Assembly: GCA_002343185.1 (NCBI GenBank) | Contig: DDRT01000001.1 | Coordinates: 27,018-91,017, forward strand | Direction: 5' to 3' | From: Deltaproteobacteria bacterium UBA2409 | Lineage (GTDB): Bacteria; Bdellovibrionota_C; UBA2361; DDRT01 | DNA length: 64,000 nt | In this document: positions 46,059 through 56,404 of the stretch, piece after piece | Layout: every line of letters starts with the position of its first letter | Position numbering within the stretch: the stretch's first letter is position 1 | Program-made: the position numbers and the translations under genes | Notes under the pieces: generated by a model | What the model was told of the DNA's origin: nothing | Seen by the model: the letters and a program-made list of their open reading frames with translations, nothing else | Database searches by the model: none

Positions 46059-46277
46059 GGGGTCAGGCCGGGAGGCCCAATGCCACTTACATTCAATTCT
46101 AAATTATCAGTGCTTGATAACTGATTTTTGAACACAGAGTGCTCAGAGTTTCACAGAGTTATCCAAAACAAACTACTCTGCGTAACTCTGAGACCTCTGC
46201 GTCCTTAAGTTTTACCAAATTAAATTAAACACTTACGCCATGAAGGTAAGTAACATTGGCCGGGAGGCCTGACCAGG
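46058..46277. repeat. Composite nested palindromic element (family 1 arms enclosing a family 2 copy), MITE-like
   Basis: The left arm 46058-46090 (gggggtcaggccgggaggcccaatgccacttac) is an imperfect inverted repeat of the right arm 46246-46277. The family 2 copy B lies inside at 46133-46202. Confidence 0.6.
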
Positions 46278-46302
46278 CAGGCAAATGCAAGCAGCTGCCT
46301 GG
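46273..46302 (-). terminator. Hairpin just downstream of the nrdB stop
   Basis: ccaggcag (46273-46280) pairs with ctgcctgg (46295-46302). It lies 15 nt past the nrdB stop codon. No clear U-run. Confidence 0.35.
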
Positions 46303-46316
46303 TCGCCTATAAGACA

Positions 46317-47375
46317 CTACCACTGTAGCGCAGCAGCAGCCTGATATTCTGTGACTCTTGTTTCAAAAAAGTTCTTTTCTTTTTGAAGATCAATCGTCTC
46401 GCTCATCCATGGGAATGGGTTTTTCGCTCCAGGATATTGCTGCGGAAGACCGATTCTTTCTAACCTTCTATTAGCAATATATCTTGTATAGTCTTCAAAC
46501 ATCGGAGCAGTTAGTCCTAAGATTCCTTTTGGTAAGCAATCTGTCGCATATCGGATCTCTAAGTCTACTGCTTGATCGATTAGCTTGATTATATAGTTTT
46601 GGAACTCTTCACTCCAAACATCTGGGTTTTCTTCTTTGATAGTATTAATTAGATCAATTCCAAAATTTAAGTGAATCGTTTCATCTCTTAAAATGTACTG
46701 GAACTGCTCTCCTACTCCTGTCATCTTATTTTGGCGATGCATTGATAGGATCATTGCAAAACCACTATAGAAGAAGATCCCTTCCATTATTACGTAGTAA
46801 CCAATCAAGTTTTCGAGAAACTTTTGAGCCCCTTCAGTTGTTTTTGTATTGAAGTTTGGATCGCAAACAGCAGTAGTTAGCTTCATCTCAAACTCATCTT
46901 TTGCATGAATCGAGTTGACCTCATTGTACATGTTAAACACTTCACTTTGATCTAAAGAGAGTGACTCAACTATGTAATGAAACGTGTGCGTATGAACTGC
47001 TTCTTCGAATGCTTGTCTTAGAAGGTACTGTCTCGCCTCTGGGTTTGTGATGTGCTTAAAGATTGAAAGGATAATGTTATTTCCAACTAAGCTTTCTGCT
47101 GTACTGAAGAAACCTAAGTTTCTCATAATAACAAGCCTTTCCCCTTCTGTTAGCTTATCTGATTTCCAAAGCTCGATATCTTTCGCCATCGGAACTTCAG
47201 TAGGTAGCCAGTTATTGTTACAAGCATTTAGATAATGCTCCCACGCCCATTTGTACTTAAGTGGCATTAGCTGATTAACATCAACAGCGTTGCAGTTTAT
47301 AAGGCGCTTCTGCGATGCCTTGAATCTCCCATCTTTATTATTCTCATCACCACTATTATCACCAAAGTTTAACAT
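46317..47375 (-). CDS. nrdB: Ribonucleotide reductase small subunit, apparently class Ic (Phe at the radical-Tyr position)
   Basis: Ferritin-like metal motifs STAES and [12 protein letters not shown]. In the E-x2-H-x3-[Y] motif the residue four positions after His is Phe. Confidence 0.9.
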   Translation of the reverse strand: MLNFGDNSGDENNKDGRFKASQKRLINCNAVDVNQLMPLKYKWAWEHYLNACNNNWLPTEVPMAKDIELWKSDKLTEGERLVIMRNLGFFSTAESLVGNNIILSIFKHITNPEARQYLLRQAFEEAVHTHTFHYIVESLSLDQSEVFNMYNEVNSIHAKDEFEMKLTTAVCDPNFNTKTTEGAQKFLENLIGYYVIMEGIFFYSGFAMILSMHRQNKMTGVGEQFQYILRDETIHLNFGIDLINTIKEENPDVWSEEFQNYIIKLIDQAVDLEIRYATDCLPKGILGLTAPMFEDYTRYIANRRLERIGLPQQYPGAKNPFPWMSETIDLQKEKNFFETRVTEYQAAAALQW

Positions 47376-47456
47376 ATTCTTCTCCTAAAAAATTAAATCT
47401 ACATATTGGGGTGAACGCGCCAACGAAATAGCCGAGAATCTTGATAAATTTTTCAC

Positions 47457-47515
47457 CACAGAGGTCGCAGAGTTCCACAGAGGAGTTGACATTCCTACTC
47501 CGCGTACTCTGTGCC
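47457..47515. repeat. REP-like family 2 palindromic element, copy C (nrdA-nrdB spacer)
   Basis: cacagaggtcgcagagttccacagagg ... ctactccgcgtactctgtgcc. Related to the copies at 20380 and 46133. Confidence 0.55.
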
Positions 47516-47566
47516 TTCTACGTTTTATTTCCTTATTCAAGCACATCTCCTACTAATCTTTAATCA

Positions 47567-50500
47567 CTACTGACAGCTCTCACACTCACCATCCAGTCCA
47601 CACACAGCACCTGAGGCGGTTTTCTCCTCCCCTCTAGTAACAGTTACGTTTGCTGAAGCAGATTTGTTCTTCATCCAACGAGGTTGCAGCCCTCTTCGAT
47701 TGATATCGGTTGTTGATTTCTCAATCTGAGTAGCGCCAAGAGATCTTAGATAATAGGTTGTTTTTAGTCCCTTTCTCCATGCCAGCTGATACATCTCGTT
47801 TAGTTTTTTACCATCTGGTTCTGCTAGATAAAGGTTTAAAGACTGTCCCATATCTATCCACTTTTGTCTTCTACTTGCACACTCAATAATCCACTCTGGA
47901 GACACCTCAAAAGCTGTTAGGTATTTAGCCTTTAGGTCGTCAGGAATTCTCTCGATCTCTTGAATTGATCCATCGAAATATTTTAGATCATCGATCATAT
48001 CAAGATCCCAAAGACCTAGTTCTTTTAGTTCCTCCACTAAATAAGTGTTATGAACCATAAACTCACCTGATAGGTTCGATTTTGTGAATAGATGTTTATA
48101 GGCAGGCTCAATCGACTGAGCGACCCCTGTTATGTTTGAGATAGTAGCAGTAGGTGCTATAGCCATAGTGTTACTATTTCTCATTCCATACTTTTTAATG
48201 TGATCTCTAACAGGACTCCAATCGAGAGCTGCTTTTGTATCAAGATCTACAAATTCTAAACCACGCTCATCTTGTAATAACTCAAGGGTGTCTATTGGCA
48301 GAAGCCCTCTGTCCCATTTAGAGCCTTTATAGCTTTGATAGGTTCCTCTTTCTTTTGCAAGTTCACTAGATGCTAATATTGCGAAGTAAGAGATCGCCTC
48401 CATACTTTCATCTGCAAACTTAACAGCATCCTGGCTTGCATAGCTAAACCCTCTTATATAAAGGGCATCCTGGAATCCCATAATTCCTAGACCAACTGGT
48501 CTATGTGCAAGGTTTGAGTTTTTTGCCTCGATAGTTGGATAAAAATTTATATCTATCACGTTATCAAGCATTCTGATCGCTGTTTTGACTGTTTTTTCAA
48601 TCAGCGAAAGATCTATCCCTGTTTTTGTTACATGTTTAGCAAGATTAACTGAACCTAAATTGCATACTGCCGTTTCTGCCTCAGAGGTATTGAGTAATAT
48701 CTCGGTACAAAGATTCGAACTATGCACTACTCCAACATGATCTTGAGGAGATCTTACATTGGAAGGATCTTTAAATGTGATCCAAGGGTGTCCAGTTTCA
48801 AAAAGCATCGAGAGCATCTTTCTCCAAAGAGTAACTGCTTCAATCTTTTTATAAACTTTGATCTTTCCTTCTGCTACAAGAGCTTCATACTCCATGTAGC
48901 GCTTCTCAAAAGCCTTTCCGTAGAGATCATGAAGATCTGGAACATCACTTGGACTAAAAAGAGTCCAGGTTCCATTACTCATAACACGCTTCATGAACAG
49001 ATCAGGTATCCAGTTAGCAGTGTTCATGTCATGAGTTCTTCTTCTTTCATCGCCTGTATTTTTTCTAAGCTCGAGGAAGTCCTCTATGTCTAAGTGCCAA
49101 CTTTCAAGATAGGCGCACATCGCACCTTTTCTCTTTCCGCCCTGATTCACTGCAACTGCTGTATCATTTGCAACTTTAAGGAATGGTATGATTCCTTGGC
49201 TTTTACCGTTTGTGCCCTTGATCCATGCACCAGTAGCTCGAACATTTGTCCAGTCATTACCAAGTCCTCCTGCCCATTTTGAAAGCTGAGCGTCATCAGA
49301 TATGCACTTGAAGATATGTTTTAAGTCATCACTAATTGTGGTGAGGTAACATGAGCTAAGTTGCGGATGCAGAGTTCCGGCATTAAAAAGAGTTGGAGTG
49401 CTTGATACAAACTCAAATTTTGACAGAACGTTATAAAACTCGATTGCTCTTTTGTTCTTCTCTTTACCTTCTCTGATTGAAAGTCCCATTGCAACTCTCA
49501 TCCAAAATATTTGCGGAGTTTCAAGGCGTACTTCATTATGATGTATCAGGTATCGATCATAAAGAGTCTGTAGACCTAAGTAATTAAACTGAAAATCACG
49601 CTCTAAAACGATAGCACTTGATAGTTCTTCTAGATCAAATTCAAGAATATCGGGGCTAAGTCTTTCAACCGAAACCGCCTTCTTTAGATATTCCTTAAAG
49701 TAGGCAGCGTGTAGTTTTTTAATATCTGGATTTGATGCCTCTACTCCAAATGCTCCTCGGTAAATAACATCTAGAAGAAGCCTTGCCGCAGCGTTTGAAT
49801 ATGCTGGCTCAGTTTCAATTTTTGCTCTAGCTGCTAGAATTGTAGCTGTATCTATCTCATCATCTCTAATCCCTTCGTAAAAATTTCTGACTGATTCTTC
49901 AAATATTTCTTGAGAGGAGACGTTAAGATCTTTACATGCAAACTCTATTCTCTTTTTTATATCAGCTTCTGAAACGGTGTGAGTTGTGCCGTCAACTCTT
50001 GTTGCAGTGAACTCTTTTCCAACCTCAACCTCGGTTCTTTCGAATTTTACTTCTTCTTCCGGAGTTTCTCTAACTTGAGCTCTTGTTGCTCGGTAGATGA
50101 TGTAATCTTTAGCTACATCATAAAACCCAGCGCTCATCATCTGACGCTCAACTTCATCCTGAATCAGTTCAACGTGAAGAACTGTTCCTGTTTTTGACAG
50201 CTCTGAACATCTTGCAACAACTCTGTTCATTATTAGGTTTACAGCATCAATAACTTCTGGCGGTGTCATACCAGTAACTTTTCTTGTATCCCTAAATCCT
50301 CGTTCAATAGCGGAAGCTATCTTCATCGGGTTAAACCTAACTACTGTTTTTCCATCACGTCTAAGGACTTTTAGGTTTCTCGGTGAGTCTTCCCTTAGTG
50401 CTTTTTGTTCATCGCGGTAGATTATGTAGCGTCTAGCAACTTCGTATTGACCTGCTTGCATCAGTTTAACTTCAACAATGTCTTGAATGCCTTCTACTGT

Positions 50501-50764
50501 GATGCAAGCACTGTCTGAACCTTGAATTCTGACCTCTTCAACTACTAAGTCTGCAACCTGTTGAACAATTGAATAAAAATTTTGTGAAAGTGGCTGGTTT
50601 GCGGAGATCCCGTTGTGAGCACGAAATGCGGCTTCGATCGCATTTACAATTCGATCACGCCTAAAGGGAACCAACATTCCGTTTCGTTTTACTACGGTAA
50701 AATGAGTTAAAGGTTTTACTTCTCTCTCTATCCCTACTTCTTCAACTCCTGATGCTTCCTGCAT
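47567..50764 (-). CDS. nrdA: Ribonucleotide reductase large subunit with multiple N-terminal ATP-cone domains
   Basis: Two clear ATP-cones ([11 protein letters not shown].., [12 protein letters not shown]..) plus a third degenerate one ([11 protein letters not shown]..). Active-site SSNLCTEI. C-terminal Cys pair [11 protein letters not shown]. The ATG at 50764 is preceded by GGAGAG (ORF-track TTG at 50776). Confidence 0.95.
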   Translation of the reverse strand: MQEASGVEEVGIEREVKPLTHFTVVKRNGMLVPFRRDRIVNAIEAAFRAHNGISANQPLSQNFYSIVQQVADLVVEEVRIQGSDSACITVEGIQDIVEVKLMQAGQYEVARRYIIYRDEQKALREDSPRNLKVLRRDGKTVVRFNPMKIASAIERGFRDTRKVTGMTPPEVIDAVNLIMNRVVARCSELSKTGTVLHVELIQDEVERQMMSAGFYDVAKDYIIYRATRAQVRETPEEEVKFERTEVEVGKEFTATRVDGTTHTVSEADIKKRIEFACKDLNVSSQEIFEESVRNFYEGIRDDEIDTATILAARAKIETEPAYSNAAARLLLDVIYRGAFGVEASNPDIKKLHAAYFKEYLKKAVSVERLSPDILEFDLEELSSAIVLERDFQFNYLGLQTLYDRYLIHHNEVRLETPQIFWMRVAMGLSIREGKEKNKRAIEFYNVLSKFEFVSSTPTLFNAGTLHPQLSSCYLTTISDDLKHIFKCISDDAQLSKWAGGLGNDWTNVRATGAWIKGTNGKSQGIIPFLKVANDTAVAVNQGGKRKGAMCAYLESWHLDIEDFLELRKNTGDERRRTHDMNTANWIPDLFMKRVMSNGTWTLFSPSDVPDLHDLYGKAFEKRYMEYEALVAEGKIKVYKKIEAVTLWRKMLSMLFETGHPWITFKDPSNVRSPQDHVGVVHSSNLCTEILLNTSEAETAVCNLGSVNLAKHVTKTGIDLSLIEKTVKTAIRMLDNVIDINFYPTIEAKNSNLAHRPVGLGIMGFQDALYIRGFSYASQDAVKFADESMEAISYFAILASSELAKERGTYQSYKGSKWDRGLLPIDTLELLQDERGLEFVDLDTKAALDWSPVRDHIKKYGMRNSNTMAIAPTATISNITGVAQSIEPAYKHLFTKSNLSGEFMVHNTYLVEELKELGLWDLDMIDDLKYFDGSIQEIERIPDDLKAKYLTAFEVSPEWIIECASRRQKWIDMGQSLNLYLAEPDGKKLNEMYQLAWRKGLKTTYYLRSLGATQIEKSTTDINRRGLQPRWMKNKSASANVTVTRGEEKTASGAVCGLDGECESCQ

Positions 50765-50812
50765 GATTCTCTCCAAAACGTGGTTTTAAAAACATTTGTG
50801 TAAGTCGACTTA

Positions 50813-50830
50813 ACCACAATATATAGTGGT
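50813..50830. promoter_or_regulatory. NrdR box 1
   Basis: ACCACAATATATAGTGGT, a near-perfect palindrome matching the NrdR box pattern (acaCwAtATaTwGtgt), 49 nt upstream of the nrdA ATG. Confidence 0.7.
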
Positions 50831-50844
50831 TAAAGTTATATCCT

Positions 50845-50862
50845 ACCACAACATATATGGTT
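50845..50862. promoter_or_regulatory. NrdR box 2
   Basis: ACCACAACATATATGGTT, 32 bp (about three helical turns) from box 1. This is the usual tandem arrangement. Confidence 0.6.
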
Positions 50863-51110
50863 TGAGAGGGCTAAAATTGTCTACCCCCTATTTTTAAAAT
50901 CGTGGGATAAATCTGTGGGAATTAAGGGTAAACCACTGGACTGATTAGATTAAAAAATTTTTCTCCCTGTGGAATGATAGTGCCTATTTGTCATGTGAGC
51001 AGCCTTCAAAACTAGGGTCAGGAACAAACGTTCATATAACTAGCTGAAATTACTAATACCGAACAATCGCGGTGGCAGGAATGATAGTTTAAGATTTAAG
51101 ATCAAGAAAT

Positions 51111-52001
51111 ATGGAGCTAGTTCACGCAACCCTTAACTTTGTTCACTCACAACTTCAAGGAGCATTCGTTGAACTTAATATGCTTTCTCAGCTAGGGTAT
51201 CACGGCTTTAATCCAGATAAGTTAACCTCTACTGAAGCATCCTTAACAAAAATCGAACAAGGACTAGTCGATTTTTATAATGGACAGCATGAGCAAGATT
51301 TTAAGGATATGATCCCAGAGATACAGCACGATCTGTTAAAACTTGCTGGAAAGGTAAAAAGAATCCTCTCTGAATCAACCTTAAAAGATTCACAAGATGA
51401 TGTAAGAGTTTTGATCGCAACTTTAGCTAGAAGTGCCTACACGAGAGATCATCTAACAAGAGGAATTTTGGATTATGCTAGGTTCACTCAGAACAAACCT
51501 CTCTTCGATCAATTTGCTTCATCAGAACCTGACATAAGGCGAGGCCTAGAGGGATGTCATTTATTGTTTTCAATTTTTACAGGTGAAGAAGAGCCAAAGC
51601 CTGTATTTTATAAAACGCTAATGGATGAAGGTGCATCATTACCAGGGCAATTTAGAAGTCAAGCTCATGAGGGGGCACTTTTACTTTTTGCTGAAAATTT
51701 CTCCTTCTCTAACACGGATATACCGGAAGCCGATATTTCAGCTTGGGAATCGATCAATATGCCACCCCAGGTAGCAGGATTTTGGCATGCATATTTAATA
51801 TCACCTGCACTTGCATCCGAATGGATTCAATCAGGAGTAGTGCAACCACAAGAAGCATGGTTTTGGAGTCATTTTGGATTTTTACCTATTCAGGCAAAGC
51901 CCTGGAAAGAAAAAGGATTCCCTGTTTTGGTAGCAAAAGATTTTCTTGATCGCGGCTACACTCCAGAAGGAGCGATTGAGGAGTTGAAGAAGGGTGCATA
52001 G
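51111..52001 (+). CDS. Hypothetical protein with six C-terminal 13-14-aa Trp/Gly/Pro/Ala repeats
   Basis: 296 aa. The tail reads ISAWESINMPPQVA / GFWHAYLISPALA / SEWIQSGVVQPQEA / WFWSHFGFLPIQA / KPWKEKGFPVLVA / KDFLDRGYTPEGA. Confidence 0.55.
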   Translation: MELVHATLNFVHSQLQGAFVELNMLSQLGYHGFNPDKLTSTEASLTKIEQGLVDFYNGQHEQDFKDMIPEIQHDLLKLAGKVKRILSESTLKDSQDDVRVLIATLARSAYTRDHLTRGILDYARFTQNKPLFDQFASSEPDIRRGLEGCHLLFSIFTGEEEPKPVFYKTLMDEGASLPGQFRSQAHEGALLLFAENFSFSNTDIPEADISAWESINMPPQVAGFWHAYLISPALASEWIQSGVVQPQEAWFWSHFGFLPIQAKPWKEKGFPVLVAKDFLDRGYTPEGAIEELKKGA

Positions 52002-52009
52002 TTTTGCTT

Positions 52010-52033
52010 GGGGGTCAGGCCGGCCTGACCCCC
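52010..52033. repeat. REP-like family 1 hairpin (GGGGGTCAGGCC/GGCCTGACCCCC), probable bidirectional terminator
   Basis: Perfect 24-nt palindrome between convergent genes (51111-52001 plus strand and ddl minus strand). Confidence 0.7.
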
Positions 52034-52036
52034 ATA

Positions 52037-52936
52037 TCAATAATCACACCTAGCAGTTTCAACAAGCGACTTTATAAATTCATCAAACCCGACTCCTTTA
52101 TAGGAAAGAGCTTTTGGAACGAGGCTAGTTTCTGTGCACCCTGGAAGAGTGTTTACCTCTAACACATAAGGCTTTTCGCCATTTACTCTAAAATCAACTC
52201 TTCCATATTGCCTGCACCCAAGAGCTTCAAAGGCATTTACAGCTATATCTTGCAGGTTTGCCCTTACATCCTCAGAAACTCTTGGGGGAATAAAATAGTC
52301 CGTAGCCCCTGAGGTATATTTATTTTTGTAATCGTAGAAGCCACTTTTTGGCGAGATCTCGATCCCCTCAAGAGCTTCTCCTAGGTAAACAGGGATAGAA
52401 ATTTCAACTCCAGGAATATACTCTTCAACAAGTACAGTGTCATCAAATCTAAATGCTTCATCTAAAGCTACTTTATATTCATTTTCACGCTCTACAATGC
52501 TAATTCCAACTGAGCTTCCTTCAATATTTGGCTTAACAACAACCGGAATAGGAAGACTTAGTTTATGGTCTCCTCTTTTCACTACTATATGTTTTGCTAT
52601 TGGAATTCCATGCAGCGAGAACATCTCTTTTGCTTTTAGTTTGTTCATTGCAAGGGCACTTGCTAGAACTCCTGAGCCTGTATAGGGAATTTTTATATAT
52701 TCTAAAAGGCCTTGAATTGTTCCATCTTCAGCATATTTTCCATGAAGACCGATAACTGCTACATCACACTTAGGTTTTGTTAATTTTTGAAAACATGCTC
52801 CAAGATCTTCAGTAACTTTTATCGGTACAGCCTCATATCCAAGGCGCTCAACAGCTTTTAAAATAGCCTGGCCAGTTGCTAGAGATATAGCACTCTCAGA
52901 GGAGATTCCACCAAAAAGTACAGCAACTCTTTTCAT
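52037..52936 (-). CDS. ddl: D-alanine--D-alanine ligase
   Basis: 299 aa. N-terminal VAVLFGGISSESAISL, an ATP-grasp core (VVKPNIEGSSVGISIV), and EVNTLPG. Confidence 0.9.
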   Translation of the reverse strand: MKRVAVLFGGISSESAISLATGQAILKAVERLGYEAVPIKVTEDLGACFQKLTKPKCDVAVIGLHGKYAEDGTIQGLLEYIKIPYTGSGVLASALAMNKLKAKEMFSLHGIPIAKHIVVKRGDHKLSLPIPVVVKPNIEGSSVGISIVERENEYKVALDEAFRFDDTVLVEEYIPGVEISIPVYLGEALEGIEISPKSGFYDYKNKYTSGATDYFIPPRVSEDVRANLQDIAVNAFEALGCRQYGRVDFRVNGEKPYVLEVNTLPGCTETSLVPKALSYKGVGFDEFIKSLVETARCDY

Positions 52937-52979
52937 GACTCTATCCCCTCCATAGGTATTAGTTTAGTATTATAGGCCT

Positions 52980-53921
52980 TTGATGTCGAATAAGATCACT
53001 GCTGTAATCATACTCCTTGTAATTGGCCTTATTATATGGGTTTTAAGTAGATATGACTTGAATCTCGTTTTTAATGAGATCTTAATGTTAGAGCAAAGTG
53101 CTCTTTTTCTTGCATTAGGATTTACGGCACTTAATTATTTAGTTTTGACATTTTATGATGCGCTTGCGTTTAAATACATAAAAGAAGACCTTTCATTCGG
53201 GCGAATCGGATTAACTGCATTTTTAAGTTACTCATTCAGCCACAACGTGGGGGCTGCTTTGGTTAGTGGTGGAGCAGTAAGGTATAGAATGTACTCCCGA
53301 TGGGGAATTTCAGGAGCAAACATTGCAAGGATTGTAGTATTTACCGGCTTTCACTACTGGGTTGGACTTTTTGTACTTGGAGCAGTAGTAGGAATTATTT
53401 TTCCATCTGATTTTGCTGAGATCTATCCAATAGGTAAAACTACAGTAATCTCTCTTGCTGCTCTGTGCTTATTGCCAGTTGCTTACTATTTTTATTTAAC
53501 ACTTCAGCCTGGGAAAAAATTATCGATAAAAAATTTCCATATGGATGTTCCTCCATTAAAATTGGCAGCTCTTGCATTGATTGTGGCGTGCCTTGACTGG
53601 CTTTGTGCTGCTACAGTTTTATATTTCCTACTTCCTGGATATCACGATCTGTCCTTCCTTGAAGGAGTGATCGCATATCTTGGTGCGCAGATGGCAGCTG
53701 TATCAAGTCATGTTCCAGGAGGAATAGGTGTTTTTGAATCAGTTCTGTTTTTATTCCTTCAATCACACTACAGAGCTGAAGCTCTTTTAGGCTCACTTTT
53801 ATTGTTTAGATTCTGTTATTATTTCCTGCCCTTTTTCCTCGCGGCTGTTCTTTATATTATATATGAGCTAAAACTTCATAAGGTTCTTTTTAGGAGAATT
53901 AGAGATAAGATTGAACTATGA
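52980..53921 (+). CDS. Integral membrane protein, UPF0104/LPG-synthase-TM (flippase-like) family
   Basis: 313 aa and about 8 TM. Motifs GAALVSGGAVRYRMY and PGGIGVFE are typical of this family. Confidence 0.6.
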   Translation: MMSNKITAVIILLVIGLIIWVLSRYDLNLVFNEILMLEQSALFLALGFTALNYLVLTFYDALAFKYIKEDLSFGRIGLTAFLSYSFSHNVGAALVSGGAVRYRMYSRWGISGANIARIVVFTGFHYWVGLFVLGAVVGIIFPSDFAEIYPIGKTTVISLAALCLLPVAYYFYLTLQPGKKLSIKNFHMDVPPLKLAALALIVACLDWLCAATVLYFLLPGYHDLSFLEGVIAYLGAQMAAVSSHVPGGIGVFESVLFLFLQSHYRAEALLGSLLLFRFCYYFLPFFLAAVLYIIYELKLHKVLFRRIRDKIEL

Positions 53922-54137
53922 GTTTGGCATATGATGTTTCTGTATCGTTTGCTGACGCAAACGACTCAATGAGCTAAAACTTCATAAGGTTCTTTTTAGG
54001 AGAATTAGAGATAAGATTGAACTATGAGTTTGGTATATGATATTTCTGTATCGTTTGCTGACGCAAACGACTCAATGAGCTAAAACTTCATAAGGTTCTT
54101 TTTAAAAGGATTAGAGATAAGATCGAACGGTGAGATG
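53865..54137 (+). repeat. 106-bp tandem repeat, about 2.6 copies
   Basis: Units at 53865-53970 and 53971-54076 differ at 2 positions. A diverged partial third unit spans 54077 to about 54137. Each full unit carries the last 19 codons of the upstream gene plus a cgtttgc-tgac-gcaaacg hairpin. Confidence 0.9.
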
Positions 54138-56373
54138 GTTACTACTCCTTGCCCCGTTTCTAGCATTTGCTGCTCCTATAACAAAAAGTAATGAGCTCTA
54201 TAATGTAAATCGAAATTGGAAAGCCAAATCTCCAAGCGAGTATTATGGTGAATGGCCTGGTCACACTTATCACCCATCTCCAAAGTATTGGGAAGAGCAG
54301 ATTCTGTATCATATCCTTATTGATAGATTTAGAGACGGAGATCCAAGAAACAATGAATTGGCTTTTTCAGGGTATAATCCTAGATCGATTAATATGCGTC
54401 ATGGTGGAGATTTTAAGGGGATCACTGAGAAGCTTGATTATCTAAAAGAGCTTGGGATAACAGCCCTTTGGCTCTCTCCAATATTCCAAACACCAGAGAA
54501 CGAATATCACGGGTACGGACAGATCGACTTTACACTTTTAGATCAAAGGTTCGGAACTCTTGATGAGCTAAGAACGCTTATTAAAGAGGCTCATAAACGT
54601 GGGATCTATGTTTTAGTTGATGTAATCGTAAACCATCTTAATAACTACTATGCTTTTAAGGATTTCGAGAATTCATTTGCGCCTTTTAGAATCCACAAGG
54701 GCGAGTATGAATTAACTAATAGATTCGAGGAGAAAGTTTATCAAGATTTCGCCTTTGATAATACGTGGGATCCCGAAGGTACACATTGTGCAGTTTACGA
54801 TTATCAAGGGATACGATTTGAATCAAATGACAAAGGGACATTCTCTAAGAGTGATTTTTATCATAACGGTAATCTTGATGACTTTAATCACCCATTCTCG
54901 AATGCATTTGGCTCGATATACGGAAAATATAACGATTTAAGACTTTGTGCTCCTCACGTTGCAAAAAAAGTTATTGCGATGACAAAGTCTCTCATTGCTT
55001 CAACAGATATAGACGGAATAAGACTTGATACCCCTATGCAGGTTCCTAATCCATTCCTAAAAGAATGGAGCACCGAAATAAAGTCCTTTGCTAAAACTCT
55101 AGGTAAAGATGATTTTTTTGTTATGGGAGAAACTTTTGCTCTTAGACCTCAAGTATCCCCAATGATTAGAAGAGGGAAAGATAAGAATGGAAATTTTATC
55201 AGCCAAGTCTCAGGCCTTGATGGTGGGATCAACTATCCACTTTTTATTGATCATATAATACCTATGTTCTGGGGCAAGGCTCACTTAAATTTTGATATTG
55301 AGGAATTTATAAAAACAGAAATAAAAAGCTATGATCTCTTTGACCCCATAAGAAAGATCGATCGATATCTAATGGCTAACTTTTCTGAAAGTCATGATCA
55401 AAGAAGGCTGTCTTCGCTAGATCCTGAGCAAAGTTTTCTTAGCTATGTATTTATAACATTCCTCCCAGGGATTCCTGTAATTTATCATGGCCAAGAGCAG
55501 CTTTTAGACTCATTTGGTTCAGGTCTTGAGGGTGATGCAAGAGAACCGATGATGGAAAACCCCTGGTGGGTAAATAGACCAAGTAGATCTTTTCCCAATA
55601 AAGCATCAAAAGACAACTTTGATATGACTAGTGATTCATTTAAGGCTTTCTCTTACCTTAATCACTTAAGAAGGGAGCTTATAGAGACAAAAGATATATT
55701 TTCAAAAATTAAAAAGGAAACTAATCAAAGCTGGAAGGTTCCACTAAAAAGTGGTGGTGAGGGGATATTTTCATTTGGACATAAAGGAAAAAATCTTCTT
55801 TGTAATGATCTAAATTGTTTTACAAAACTAGGATCATTTAATGCTACGACCAAATTTAATAAAACTTTTTTTGATGCTTCACCTATACACGACTCAAAGA
55901 TCTCACCGAATGAATCGATTATATTTTCGGGAGAAAATCCTAGTGTAAAAATTAATGACAAAGAATTTCATGAGTTTGTATTTAAGAATAATGTAATAAA
56001 ACCAAAAACAGCCTGGCCTTTTGGTATATTAAAAATTAAATCTCAAAATTTTGAAGTTAGGTATCAAATTTTAAAAGAGGCTAAGCTGAATGAGCCTCAC
56101 TTTTCGAAGGTCAAAGACAAGATAAAGATCGCCCCATCTTTACCAGGTGCAACATTGTTTAGAGTAAAGGAGCGCGATACCTGGAGTAATTGGACAGAAT
56201 TCTCAGCAGAAGTAGATGCGTTAAAGTGGTCAAGTCTACAAAGAATAGAGCTTCAATATTATAGAGATGGAAGCAGTAGCCTTTTTGATTATCAATATGT
56301 AGATATCTACGGGGGGCACCCTATGATAGAACTAACTCCTGGATTTCTTGGAGGAATAGAGAAAAACTATTAA
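54130..56373 (+). CDS. Secreted GH13 alpha-amylase family glycosidase with a C-terminal extension
   Basis: Signal peptide. GH13 regions GDFKGI..LGITALWLSP, VLVDVIVNH, IDGIRLDTPM, MGETF, FSESHDQ. GTG start. Confidence 0.85.
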   Translation: MRWLLLLAPFLAFAAPITKSNELYNVNRNWKAKSPSEYYGEWPGHTYHPSPKYWEEQILYHILIDRFRDGDPRNNELAFSGYNPRSINMRHGGDFKGITEKLDYLKELGITALWLSPIFQTPENEYHGYGQIDFTLLDQRFGTLDELRTLIKEAHKRGIYVLVDVIVNHLNNYYAFKDFENSFAPFRIHKGEYELTNRFEEKVYQDFAFDNTWDPEGTHCAVYDYQGIRFESNDKGTFSKSDFYHNGNLDDFNHPFSNAFGSIYGKYNDLRLCAPHVAKKVIAMTKSLIASTDIDGIRLDTPMQVPNPFLKEWSTEIKSFAKTLGKDDFFVMGETFALRPQVSPMIRRGKDKNGNFISQVSGLDGGINYPLFIDHIIPMFWGKAHLNFDIEEFIKTEIKSYDLFDPIRKIDRYLMANFSESHDQRRLSSLDPEQSFLSYVFITFLPGIPVIYHGQEQLLDSFGSGLEGDAREPMMENPWWVNRPSRSFPNKASKDNFDMTSDSFKAFSYLNHLRRELIETKDIFSKIKKETNQSWKVPLKSGGEGIFSFGHKGKNLLCNDLNCFTKLGSFNATTKFNKTFFDASPIHDSKISPNESIIFSGENPSVKINDKEFHEFVFKNNVIKPKTAWPFGILKIKSQNFEVRYQILKEAKLNEPHFSKVKDKIKIAPSLPGATLFRVKERDTWSNWTEFSAEVDALKWSSLQRIELQYYRDGSSSLFDYQYVDIYGGHPMIELTPGFLGGIEKNY

Positions 56374-56404
56374 GTTTGGGTAATTTCTATCCGATAATTT
56401 CTTA

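Noticed and set aside
50971-51089. Repeated GGAATGATAGT motif (50971 and 51078) as promoter or sigma-54 elements
   Set aside because: There are only two copies and no match to the TGGCAC-N5-TTGC spacing. This is insufficient to call a regulatory site.
53865-54137. Possible CRISPR array
   Set aside because: The units are 106 bp long and directly abutting, with no unique spacers. They contain a coding 3' end. No cas genes are in the window.
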